From contig OZ218959.1 in the NCBI GenBank assembly GCA_965112735.1, positions 2,232,001 to 2,296,000 of the forward strand: 64,000 nucleotides of DNA. Reading direction: 5' to 3'. Each line of letters opens with the position of its first letter. The stretch's first letter is position 1. The DNA comes from Phaeosaccion multiseriatum. Its lineage: Eukaryota; Protista; Ochrophyta, other classes. The translations under genes were made by a program, and so were the position numbers. This document shows positions 47,004 to 58,353 of this stretch, piece after piece. The notes beneath the pieces were generated by a model. That model ran no database searches. It was not told the DNA's origin and saw nothing but the letters and a program-made list of their open reading frames with translations.

Positions 47004-48099
47004 TCACGTCCCTCTGGCGGGCAGCGTGGCCCCCTTTTTCTTTTTGGGGAAGGAGATGCGTAGCACGGAGTCCCTGAGCGTCGAGGACGACGCAGCACCG
47101 CCAGGGACGGGATCGAGCATCGCATGGCGCAGGGGGACGCAAGCAGGAAAGAAGGGGGGGGCGAGGGCGTAGGATTATGTTAAAAACGTGGTCGCCTGAA
47201 GCACCCCTTGCTCCTCCAACTTTTCTCTCTCTATACCCAAATCAACTCACTCCTTGAACTCCACCGTCGCCCCGGTAGCGGTGATGAAGTCCGGCAGCAC
47301 GTAGGTCCTGGACATGCAGCCGTACTTCCGCTCATGTAGGCAGAAAACCTCTCCCTCCCGCATCGGCTCGTGATCACTCCTCGATGAGATGACTAGCTCT
47401 CGAGTCTGCTGATTGAAGGTGACGCTGCGGGGCGGGAGGTCGGGCGAACAAGGCAGCGAAGCAAGCAAGAGGAGAGATTGGTTTGAGTGTTGGAAGAGCA
47501 GAGGCGATGTCGCGCAAGGGCACTTAACTGGACGTCATCCCTCTTCACATTTGGCATCTCGATGGAGATAAAGATGGCGTTGGTGCTTTCCGAGCAGTTC
47601 GTGGGCATGGAGGGGGGAGTTCCAGGAGGCGGAGGCCGCACCTTGCCCGGTGGAGAGCTCGAAAGCAGCTCGATGAGCTTTCCAACCCCCGTGTCCTTTC
47701 GGCCCTGGAAGAGGTTATCAGATTACTGATTACGGCCGGCGCAGCCGGCCTGATTACTGATTACTGCCGGCGCCAGCCGGCCTGATTACTGATTATGGCG
47801 CCAGCCGGGCCTGATTACTGATTATGGCCGGCGCCAGCCGGGTCTGATTACTGATTATGACCGGCGCCAGCCGGCCTGATTACTGATTATGACGGGCGCT
47901 AGCCGGCCTGATTACTGATTATTGGCGCCAGCCGGCCTGATTACTGATTATGACCGGCGCATACTGTAACCTCTTCCAGGGCCGAGTCCTTGTCTTCTCC
48001 AGGAAGCGGAGGCCGCACCTTGCCCGGTGGAGAGCTCGAAAGCAGGTCGATGAGCTTTCCCACCCCCGTGTCCTTGTCTTCGCTACTGCTGGTGTCCAT
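47004..48099 (-). CDS. Small heat-shock protein (HSP20/alpha-crystallin domain), copy A, carrying a MITE in exon 1
   Basis: Segments 48099-47971, 47704-47529, 47424-47251, 47073-47004 give ...ESTNAIFISIEMPNVKRDDVHV...ERKYGCMSRTYVLP...AT VEFKEDSVLRISFPK. Same two intron positions as copies B and C. Intact only if the MITE is spliced; its donor GTTAAG is weaker than the GTGAGT of the paralogues. Confidence 0.75.
47699..47985. mobile_element. 287-bp non-autonomous DNA transposon (MITE), Introner-like
   Basis: Perfect 19-bp TIRs TCGGCCCTGGAAGAGGTTA (47699-47717 / 47967-47985); 6-bp TSD GTCCTT (47693-47698, 47986-47991); interior is about 7.5 copies of a 29-33 bp unit. Removing the element plus one TSD restores the HSP20 frame (PGEDKDTGVGKL). 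Confidence 0.92.
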
Positions 48100-48218
48100 C
48101 ACAAAAACAATGGCAAAGAGCAAAACAAAAGAGTCCGACACCCCTCGGGAAAAAGGTGTATGGTCGAGAAATGCCCCCTTTTTCTCATTTCTCTATTCCC
48201 TCCCCTGTGGACGCGACC

Positions 48219-49132
48219 ATGGACGAGAGAGCGAGTTTGAGTGACAGCAGCGCGAGCGGAGCAAGTACCGCGTGCGAGGGCTGGGAGGTGGAGCGGCTGG
48301 CTTTGGACGAGGGAGAGACTTTGTATGACAGTCGGGAGAGCGGAGCAAGCTCTGCCTGCGAGGCCTGGGAAGCTGAGCCTCTGGATTGGGCGGAACTGAG
48401 CCTCCACACTCCCCATCACGAAGTGCCGTTCCGCCTCGAGTCCCCTCAGATGCTGACCAACTGCTCAGAGAGCGATGAGGCCGTGTACGTTAGTTGTGAG
48501 CTTCCAAATGTGAAGATCGAGGACATCAAGTGAGTGGGGCTTGGCTTGGCTTGTCTTTCGTCATCCTTCCTCGAGCCGCCGGGGCCCATCGCTCTCACAC
48601 CCTCGCCCTCGCCTACCTCGTTTGGCCACCCAGACTTTTTGTGCCTTCGGTTTGGTTGATGTAGAGGTCGCGGTTTGTCCCTCTGTTGACTACACCAACC
48701 TCCGCCCCCCCACCCCCCAGCGTCGACTTTAACGAGAGGACTCGAGAGCTACGCATCACCGCGGAATCACGGCCGGAGCCGCTGCGAGCTGGGGAAGTGT
48801 TCTGCAGACAAGAGAGACTGTATGGGCCCATGAGCAGAACCTATGCTCTGCCTGGCATGGTCACCTCGGACGGGGCCACCGTCCACTTTGATAATACGTG
48901 AGTAGTTGGGGGAGGGAAGTACACTGAGATCGGTCGTAGAGACTTGCTGCGTCGCTATGGCTCCTCAACTCAGGCTGGGTTTGACGTACGCAGCGAAAAG
49001 GATGCCTCCCTCCTTTCTTTTGAAAGTGTCCCTCCACTGCTTGTCTCCGCGCTCCATCTTTCTTGCTTTGCGCTCTCCATCGGCAGCGACGGTATCCTTC
49101 GCGTCGCCTTTCGCAAGAACTTGACTGGGTAA
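48219..49132 (+). CDS. Small heat-shock protein (HSP20), copy B, 3 exons
   Basis: Exons 48219-48529, 48721-48897, 49087-49132: ESDEAVYVSCELPNVKIEDINV...ERLYGPMSRTYALP...ATVHFDNTDGILRVAFRK. Confidence 0.88.
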
Positions 49133-50048
49133 TGACTTTGAACTCCAAGTCATACCCCGCGGCAGCGGACTCACATTCTTTCAATCATTTTTAATACGCG
49201 CCGACATCCCCCGACGGACGAGGATGCGTCGCTCCTGCCCCCCTCTTTCCAGCGAGGCGAGCGAATTAATTCACGCTCAAGGGGCATCGCGAGCGACTCT
49301 CCGCCAGCCGTCGCGCCGAAAGGGAACAAAGTCCAAGCCGTCAGTTGCAGCGCTGAGCGAACGAAGCGGCGAGGAGCGGCACGAGGGTAGAGTGAGAGAG
49401 CGAGCGGGATGGGTATGCCTGGACGGGCGCCTCGGTCATCGACTAGTCAGCGTGTCGGATTTCACGCCCTCACGCACGCCCTCACGCACGCACGCACACA
49501 CGCACGTCGGTGAGGCGCTCCAGGTGCCCCTCCTGAGTTGACAGGATACGTTCAAGAGTCAAGTCACGTGGTTTGCTTGCTTTTCTCATTTCCTTTAAGT
49601 TAGATATATACAATGCGATATATAATGAGTGAACTATACACATTGCACATATTCAGTGTTCGTGATGAAGGAGCAGGCTCACGCTCACAGCGAAAGCGGC
49701 TGTCGATATCGCTCCGTTGGCTCTCCTTGGCGCGCTCCGACTCCGCCTCACCCTTCGTGAACCTGCAGGGAGCTTGCATGCTTCTCCTCTACCCCTCTTT
49801 CGCGCCCTCTCCCCCTACCACTTTTCAGACAGCTTGGCGAGACGGCACCGAGAGTCCCCTCCCTCGCTTTTGTCTCGGGGCTTATTACGACGCGGCCCGT
49901 GCAAGTCGATGGTTTAGCCTTACTCCCCAATGGGAAGAAAGTTTCTCGCGTGGAATGCGGTTTGTCGCGGAGGTCTCTGGCAAGCTGAGGCCTTTAAAAG
50001 CCTTTGCGTTCCCAGTGCCTCCGGAAGAGCCCCCCCTTCTCCCTCCCC

Positions 50049-51023
50049 TTACACAAGTGTACTGTGATGAGGCCGAGCCACTCGAACAGCCTCTGCGTGC
50101 AGGGCCATCGCTTCATGATGCCCCTTCCCTCTTTCCCGCGGGGCAATTGACGTGGAGGGTCCTTGTCCTCTTCTTCTTGCGGAAAGAGATGCGCAGCACG
50201 GAGTCCCTGAGCGTCAAGGAGCGAGGGTTGAGGACACGAGCATCCCATGACGCAGGCGACGGGGGGGGGGGTGAGGGCTGGATTAGTGCTTGCGTGGAAC
50301 ATGTTCTTGGCTCCTAGTCTCTATATAAGCTGGCCTTGCACAACTCACTCCTTGAACTCAGCCGTCGCCCCGTCCGACGTGACGAAGTCGGGCAGAACGA
50401 AGGTCCTGCTCATTTTTCCGTATCGCCTCTCGCATTTGAGGAAGACTTCCCCCTCGCGTAGTGGCTCGAGTCTGCTCGTCGCGGTGATGCATAGCTCTCG
50501 GGTCCGCTCGTCGAACGTGACGCTGTGGGGGGGAGGTCGAGCGAGCAAGGCCGAAAGTAAGCAAGCAAGGAGGTCGGGCAGCTCGGTGGTGTGAGTATCG
50601 GAAGAGCGGAGACGGGCGTGACAAGCTAAGCTCAGTGGAAGTGCGGTGCGGCGGCAGGGGGGACGGAGTGGAGGAGAAGAACGGAGTCACGAAAGGTGTA
50701 GGTCTCAAGCGAACCCGCTCTATTCGAGCTCTATATCCCCTCTCCCCAACCACTCACTGGATGTCCTCCTGCTTCACGTTCGGCAGCTCCACGGTGATAT
50801 AAATCGCCTTTGTACCCTCAGAGCAGTTGGTGAGCATGTGTGGCTCCTTTAAAGCAGGTCCACGCCATTGCTGCTGTTGGTGCGGCTTCTTTTCCGGCTG
50901 CGTTTCGAGCTTCGGTTGCTGCTGCTGCTGCTCCAGCGGAGGGCTCGAAAGCACTTTGATTAGCTGCTCCACGGACGACGGCGGCATCGTACACCACTCT
51001 CTCTCTTCTCCCCGAGGGATCAT
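50049..51023 (-). CDS. Small heat-shock protein (HSP20), copy C, 3 exons
   Basis: Exons 51023 (or 50987)-50758, 50522-50349, 50206-50049: AIYITVELPNVKQEDIHV...ERRYGKMSRTFVLP...AEFKEDSVLRISFRK. Confidence 0.85.
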
Positions 51024-51240
51024 CGCGCACCCTTGCACCCTTTCGGCTCGAAGAGTCCAACAGCAGCGTGTGGGATCGGAAACCCTTGCCGATATAATTC
51101 CACTTTCGCGGCTGAATACGCCAACTCCAACATGTTTTGAAGAGTTTATTCAATACAATTAAATTAATTTTAAAAATAAAAAAAAAGCAGCAGAGTTTGG
51201 GAGGAAAGCATAGAAAGCCGCAGATTTAGGAACAATCATA

Positions 51241-53717
51241 TCACAAATTCATGCCTACAGTAATGACCTTGTCGTATACGTCTCGAAAGCCCGACTGCCC
51301 TCCGTAGCGCCGCCGCAGCTCCCCGTATGCTTCCATATCGTACAGCTGCGCAAAGTGCTCTCTGGTGTAGTAGGCGTGGCTGTAAAACACCTTCCTGCCC
51401 CCCGCTGCGGTGAGCACGCCTTCCATCTCTATATTGTCTCTCTGAAACGCATACGTGCTGCTCTTCCTTGGGAGACCGTAGGCACCCACATTGCAGTACA
51501 TGCCCCTGTCGCCAGGCACGGAGAGTATGTTCTCCTTGAGCTGTTGGTTGTGCATGGGAAGCAGCCAAAGTGGCCAGAGCTCCACCTTGTCTTGCAGGTA
51601 CGAGACAAAGCCAGGCATTTCATCCACAGGGAGCATAAAGTCCTGAAGGCATTGTTGTGTGAGTGCGTGTCGGTGTGTGTGTGTGTGTACGTACGAGTAT
51701 GTACGTGTGGGTGGGTGGGTGGGTGGGTGGGTGGGTGTAGATGGGTGTACGGATGTGTGTGTGAATTGGTAAGGGGGAGGTGTCCGAGCAGTAGCAGCAG
51801 TAGGGATACGTGAGACTCGTCGTGGCTCACTCTCGCCATGAAGGTCAAACAACTCAACTTTTTTCACTCACCCAGTTCATGGCACATACGCACACGACTT
51901 CCCCCCTCCCACTCACGCGCCAGGCACTCACTCACGTACTCACCCACCCGCCCACCTACCCACTTACCCACTCACCCACCCACTCACGCACCAAGCACTC
52001 ACTCAACTAACCACCCACCTGCCCACCCACCCACCCACCCACCCACCCACACACACACTCACCCACCCGCCCACCCATCCACCCACCCACCCACTCCCTC
52101 ACTCACCTGCAGCACGAGCTGATGCGTGGGAAAAGCCCACGGGAGCGCCTTGGACAAGGCGAAGAGGCTCGCGCTGGAGAGACCGTCCCCGAACAGGCGG
52201 CCCACGGAATGCGGCACCTTGAAGCTCGCCATCCAAAAGGCGCCGCGGTCGTGTCGGAAGAGGTAGTCCTCGGTGGAGAGAAAGAAGCTCCTGGTGCTAC
52301 CATTCGACCTCGAGGGGTTCGCTGAAGCAGCAGCAGATGCTGGTGAGGGGTCTTGATTTGTGGTGGTGGCGCTTGGCTGGCTCCACTCCACAAGCTTGTA
52401 GAACCACGGCGAGTAGAAGGAGCTCAAACTGTGCGTAGGGTGTTCGGCAGCTTCGGCGTCGTCCCGGCTCGAAAAACTCCCCTCCACCGACACAAACGAC
52501 GTCGGACCAAAGCCAAAGCCCTCCAAAAATGCCACGTTCTCTCCTCCTTCGCCTGCCGTTCCTTTCCCTCCGTCACCGTCGCTCTCTCCACCTCTGCTAT
52601 TCGTTGCGTCCCCCTTCCCTTTGAGCATCTTAAACACTTCTGCCGCTTCGAGAGCCGACTCGTACCATGTAGTCGTGACCTTCACAAATGGCAACGCCTT
52701 ACACAACCGAATTTCAGCCGCAGTGATGATGGCTAGCGAGCCGTAACTGCCCGCTATACCGTGGAACAGGTCAGCACCACCTGCCTCGTCCTCCTGTGCA
52801 GAGACCATCATTACTTCCCCGGTCCCCAGGACCACCTCGTATCTGAGGGCCGTGTCGTGAAAGAAACCTTGCCTAAAGCTAGAGCTCTCTGCAGCGAGGC
52901 CCTGCACACTACCACCCACGGTGATGCCTCGAAACTCTGGCCAAGAGGAGCAGCGGCAGTAGAGAGCATTCGCGGGTGGAGGGAGGGTGGGATTAAACGC
53001 TGCAACGGGGAGAAAGCGAAGGCCAATACTGCGTAAAATGAATTACTTTGCACAAAACAATGTGAAGGAGACCCAAGACCGGGGCAGGGTCTCCCCCCGG
53101 AGGTGTGTAGCTGGACACGTGGGACTGCCCGTTTGTAAAACTTGACCCCCCCCCCCCCCCCGGAGGAAAGAGGAGCAAGAAGAAGTTGGGATACATTTGC
53201 ATACGACTCATCACCCACCCGGAACTACACACGGTATCAAGCCCATAGGAAGCAGCTCTTGAACCAGCTTCTCCATAGACGCCAAGGGCTCCACCCACGC
53301 GGAGCCGCCGGGCTGCAGCCCCACATGGTCTCCGTCAACAGCCTCCTCTGCATCTTCTGCGTCTCGGGTCTTGACACTGACTATTCTGTCCAGCTCTGAA
53401 ATGTCCACCATGAGAGTGTCTTTCTTGTAGGCCTCCGAGCGCATGGTGTGCCCTGATCTCTTCCTCTTGCGGAGGGTGATTAGCTGGTCCGGAGGCTGTC
53501 GCTCTTGGATGGTGCTTCTGATGGCGGATACGGCCCGATGGTGGGCCTCGTCTAAGCCGTAGAAGGTACCGCTGCTGCTGGTGCTGGCATCTTCGCAGCT
53601 TCCACTACCACCACTACTGCTGCTGTCCTCTACTCCTCCTGTTGCTGCTGCTCCCCTCTGCGAGGATGCGGCTAAGAGGAATATCAGGACCACAGTTTCC
53701 GTAGCTGTGACCCGCAT
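51241..53717 (-). CDS. FAD-binding (PCMH/VAO-type) oxidoreductase, delta(24)-sterol reductase (DHCR24/DWF1)-like, 3 exons
   Basis: Exons 53717-53219, 52936-52107, 51642-51241. Motifs VEPLASM, VVPEFRGITVGG...AESSSFRQGFF, DLFHGIAGSYGSL, DYLFRHDRGAFW, LQDFMLP, WPLWLLP, YGELRRRY...DVYDKV; hydrophobic N-terminus. Confidence 0.88.
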
Positions 53718-53885
53718 GGCTCAACAAGGGAGCTTCTCGTAGAGAGAGAGAGGAGGTGAGGGAGAAAGGAAGACCAAAAAGAGAGGGTGCGATCCATTTG
53801 TGAACCTTTTAGGAGCACAACACCCGAGCCTTCTCGCGATTTTGTTCCCGCCGATCAGACGATATCACTTTAAGAAAGGAAAGCT

Positions 53886-54524
53886 ATGGCATCAGCGAAA
53901 GAGAATACCGCCAAGGCCAACACTACTACAGAAGCAGGGACTGGGGAAGCGTCAGGGGGGGGGGGAGAGGGGACAGACATCCCTGACGCCCGAAACGCCT
54001 GCGCGGACCCAGCGCGGGGAGCACCCAACTCCTCCCCGCTTAGGGTCGTAGTCAACCGAAGATGGAGGTACAAAGGCCCAAACCTCAAGGCCGCCATCAA
54101 AAATAAGAGAAAGCGGCCGGAGCCGATCGTGGAGGTGGAGAAAGACGCGACGAGAAGTGGACTTGGCCTGCTGAGAGGTGAGGGGAAGGACGCGAGAAAG
54201 CGACGGAAGGCCGCGACAAAGGTAGACGAAAACAAAATGGGCGAGGAGGGGTGGGTGAGGCCCCTGTATGCTGCAGCAGCAGCTCTTCAGCAGCAGATAG
54301 ACGAGAGCGCGACAGCGTCCAGCGGGACGGAGGGGGGCGCGCCAATGAGAGTGGTGGGCCCTCGAGGGGTAATAAAAGGACCCAGTATCCGCATCGCTTC
54401 GATCGACCTCCCCATTGGGCCGGTGTCTCCCACCTACTCCAGAGCGTTTGTCGCGCCAGCCAGAACTACACCCAGACCTGCACAGAGAACGGGAGCGACC
54501 CGACACTACAAGGGGGGGAGCTAG
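53886..54524 (+). CDS. Hypothetical basic protein (212 aa), possibly nuclear
   Basis: ATG-initiated non-repetitive ORF divergent from the DHCR24-like gene; basic clusters KNKRKR and RKRRK; no recognisable domain. Confidence 0.45.
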   Translation: MASAKENTAKANTTTEAGTGEASGGGGEGTDIPDARNACADPARGAPNSSPLRVVVNRRWRYKGPNLKAAIKNKRKRPEPIVEVEKDATRSGLGLLRGEGKDARKRRKAATKVDENKMGEEGWVRPLYAAAAALQQQIDESATASSGTEGGAPMRVVGPRGVIKGPSIRIASIDLPIGPVSPTYSRAFVAPARTTPRPAQRTGATRHYKGGS

Positions 54525-55300
54525 GTCGAGCAGCAGCAATGGCGGCGGCGGCGGCGGCGGTGGCAGGAGGAGGACGAGGAAGGGAGACGTGCTGAGTGAG
54601 CTCACGGGATTGCAGTAGCTGCAAGAGCGAGTTCGTGGGAGATCAGAAGAGAGAATCAGGACACCAAGGCCGCTGATACTCTAGCGTCAAGCGCGGCACT
54701 CGCTGGAATTGCAGGGCGGAGGGAGAACGGAATTGCCTCGCTCTTCTAGCGACCAAGTCAACCACTATACTAGCTTAGCGTCGAAGACGGGCCGGGGGGG
54801 GGGGGGGGGGGCACAGGTTGGCGTAGGAATAGCGTCGAGTCGTGGGCGTGTATACACGATACGTATTGAAGGAAGTTACGCCACCTTGTCTGTGTTCTCG
54901 GTCTCTCGCTTTGCTAGCCCGACATACTGATTGGCAGAGAGGTTGAACAAGCAGAGTGACCAGGGAGCTTCAACGGGTGGTGAGGGGCACCACAAGCCCA
55001 AGGCACACCACGCAGAAGAGAAGGGAATGAAGGGAACCGTACCGCACTGCAAACATGGCGGGAGTCGTTATCGTTATTGCTCCTTCACAATACCAAAAAC
55101 ATGCATGAATAGCCATCCCCAAAAGCAACAACAGAGGGATAGTAAAGTCTGATGTCGCTCCACCCTGTTGTGATACTAGCTAGGCCATCATACTAGTCAG
55201 GCCATCATCGTTTCGCTGAATCCGTAGAGCAAGCAACGCAAACAAATCGAGCGCCCAGTTTTTCACCATCCCGACGGGCCGACCTACTGAGCCTCACCCC

Positions 55301-58034
55301 TCAGCCCAGCAGCGACTGCAAAGAGTCCATCGTCATCATCTCCTGCACTGCGAGAGACGCTGCCGTGGCCGAGTCAGCCGCGGCGATGGTGAAGAGCCGT
55401 TCTTCCGCAGCTGGCTCGATCGGCGAGTTGTGTGGCCTGCTAAAAGCATCGTCCGCAGGGGCTCGCAAGTACTTGGCGCGAAGGACACTGAAGGGCACGA
55501 CATCGCGGAGTGGCGGCTCTCGATCTTTGCTGGCCGTGTGCTGGGCCTTATTGCCAGCCATTCGGGCGGCAAGACTCCCTGCAGCAGCAGGAGGAGGAGC
55601 CTTCTCCCCTTGCTCTTGCTTCCGTCCTTGTTCTTTTTGGGCCGCCCCCAGCACGATATCGCGTACCTCGGCGTCCTCCCAATCGTGCCCATCGTCATCA
55701 TCATTATCATCATCGTCATCATCCCTCTCGCCGCCATTTGTAAGGGTATTGGTTGCGCCAGCTCCTGCCCCCTCTTCTGCTGCTCTTCTCATCGCTCTGT
55801 CGGTCCCACCACCGCCGGTGCCGATGCGCACTCTTCGACACCGCGCATCGATCCGGGAACCTTCCCCGCCCCGGACACGCATGCCCTCTCTCCAACCGGG
55901 CTTCTGACTCTCTGTGGCCATGAAGCGAGCGTACTTCTCTGCCTGCCCCCTCTTGTAGTCTTCCGCCAGTCCATCGTACATGACCTGAACAAGCTCTCGG
56001 TTGTCCGCCTTCTGACGGGCTCGAAACTGGTCTCTCTTTCCCTGAAAGAAGATTGGGCTGTGCCAGTGGGCCTCGGGAAGCTCTCCCTTGGGCAGCTGCC
56101 GGACTTTGCTGCCCTGGCGCTCGAGCTCGGCGTTTACAATGGCCTTCGCCAGCTCCACACGCCCTCGGAATTCGGCAACCTGTCGAGGGTATGGATTGGA
56201 GTCAGGAAGAGAGGGGAAAGATGATGGTCGACCACGATAAGAAGACCCTCGTTAATGACACGATGATGAACCTCATTAGCGACACTATAGGGACCCTCAT
56301 GAACGACATGACGACGACCCTCATTATCAACATTATAACGACCCTCATTAACGACACTATAACGACAGTCAATGAACTATAGCGACCCTCACTAACGACA
56401 TTATAACGACCCTCATTATCGACACTATAACGACAGTCAATGAACTATAGCGACCCTCACTAACGACATTATAACGACCCTCATTAACGACACATAAATG
56501 ACCCGCTTAAATGACACTAAAGTGGCCCTCAATAGCGACACTGTGATGACCCTCATTAACTACACGAGCCCAACAGGGTGTCAGTGTCTCGGTACCGTCG
56601 ACTGCCGGAGACTGGGCTTGAGATTGACCTCACTCCTGGAAGACGGTAGCGGGACACGCCCCTTGACATACGTACACCCCCTCTATCCTCTTGGACACCC
56701 CATATCATACAGACATCCCCTTCTCTGACTGCCATGGAGACAAGCCATCTCCTTGTCGGTATCGGCACCATTCATACCTGTCTCGGTACCCATCCGTCGT
56801 TATCCACGGGGTCTACGTCACACTTGCTCTCTAGCAGCAGCTGAGCCACCTCCATGGCACCAACCTCTGCCGCGAGGTGCAGTGGAGTCCGCCCGAGCAC
56901 ATCGCGGGGGCTTGGAGCGGCCTTGAAGTGGTGTAGGAGCAAGTACACTACCTCGGCACTGCCGCTCTGTGTGGTTGGGTTGGGTTTGGGTTCGTGCACC
57001 GGTCGTCCAGGGAGAGAGAGAATCGAAAAAAGAAGGGGGTGAGAGAGAGGGAGAGCGTGCGTGGAAAGAGAGAGGGAGGAGAGAGGGGAGAGAGAGAAGG
57101 GAGAGAGAGAGAAGGGGGGTGACAGAAAAGAGAGCAGGGTAGGGCCGCGTTGAGGCCCATCGAGAGATACGTGGATGGTCAAGATGATGCGAGACAAAGA
57201 ACGCAGCCTGTCCACGGAGCTCGCTCGCTACTTTAGTGAAGTATGTACAATGTGCTACCCCTCTGAGCAGCCAGACATACCGCTGCCGCCAAATGCAGAG
57301 GCGTCTCCTGCATGCTTCCTGTGGTCGGGGTGGGGGAGGCCTTGTGCTTGAGGAGCACCTGCACACACTTGCGGTGGCGGTTCTTGCAGGCCAGATGCAG
57401 CGGTCTCCACCCCTTGCTGGTCTGTCCCTCCACGAGGGCGTTATTCTCGAGCAGGACGCGGACCAGCTCAACATTGCCCGCTTGACACGCGAGATGCAGG
57501 GGAGTCCAGCCCCCCTTCATGAAAAATATCATTACAGAAGCAGAAGAAAGGAGGGAGGGGACGAGTTTCACTCGGACGTATGTGCCTATGGGGGTCGCTT
57601 GCCCGCTTGCCTTGTTGCGAGGAGAGACCATCCCGGCGAGGCGAAATAGGACTGCCGCAGATGAATAGGACACTGTACCGTTCACTTACCTCATCAGCTG
57701 CGTTAACATTGTATCCCTCCTCGATGGCTTTGCGCAGCTGCGTTGCTCTCATGGAAACTGCAGCCCTCCCGAAAAAGGGCCTGTACAGCTTCTGCCTCTC
57801 TGTCGAAGGCCTCCCACAGATCTGGCAATTCGAGGTGCACCGAGCGTTGATCTTCCCACATGTGTGGCAGTACCAATTGGATGCTTCTCCCTCATCAGAA
57901 CTGCTCACAGGACCGCTCTCTTCTCGTTCAACCATGGCGCCTACTGTTGATGCCTCTCCTGATCTGCGCCCCTCCATCCCTGATAGAAGCGGTGGAAAGG
58001 TCCGATCCGAGGACCATGCAACAGAGTCTGCCAT
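55301..58034 (-). CDS. RanBP2-type zinc finger + ankyrin-repeat protein, 4 exons
   Basis: Exons 58034-57690, 57514-57281, 56966-56778, 56179-55301, all phase 0. WYCHTCGKIN...CQICG zinc finger; GWTPLHLAC, GWRPLHLAC, ETPLHLAA, RTPLHLAA ANK repeats. Confidence 0.88.
56240..56560. repeat. Degenerate ~24-bp intronic minisatellite (ACGACCCTCATTAACGACACTATA)
   Basis: About 12 degenerate units with a higher-order duplication (GACAGTCAATGAACTATAGCG twice). Confidence 0.85.
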
Positions 58035-58045
58035 CTTGTGCTTCC

Positions 58046-58262
<217 letters not shown>

Positions 58263-58353
58263 TAATGTCACTCCTCTCCCGCCGCCGGATCGATGCACCA
58301 GGCGTTACAATTTCAACTTCTCCCTCCCCAACTTCCTCCCACATCAGGTCAAC

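Noticed and set aside
47720-47960. CRISPR-like array of palindromic ~30-bp repeats
   Set aside because: Units are contiguous with no unique spacers, no cas genes are present, the context is eukaryotic, and the array is enclosed by TIRs and a TSD.
49200-50317. 234-aa plus-strand ORF (49613-50317) and neighbours
   Set aside because: Antisense to HSP20-C exon 3 and its 3' region; no motif support.
48451-50833. ACCAACTGCT matches to the dispersed 18-bp motif in HSP20 B and C
   Set aside because: Explained by the conserved protein motif MLTNCS and lacking the GATACA half; not counted.
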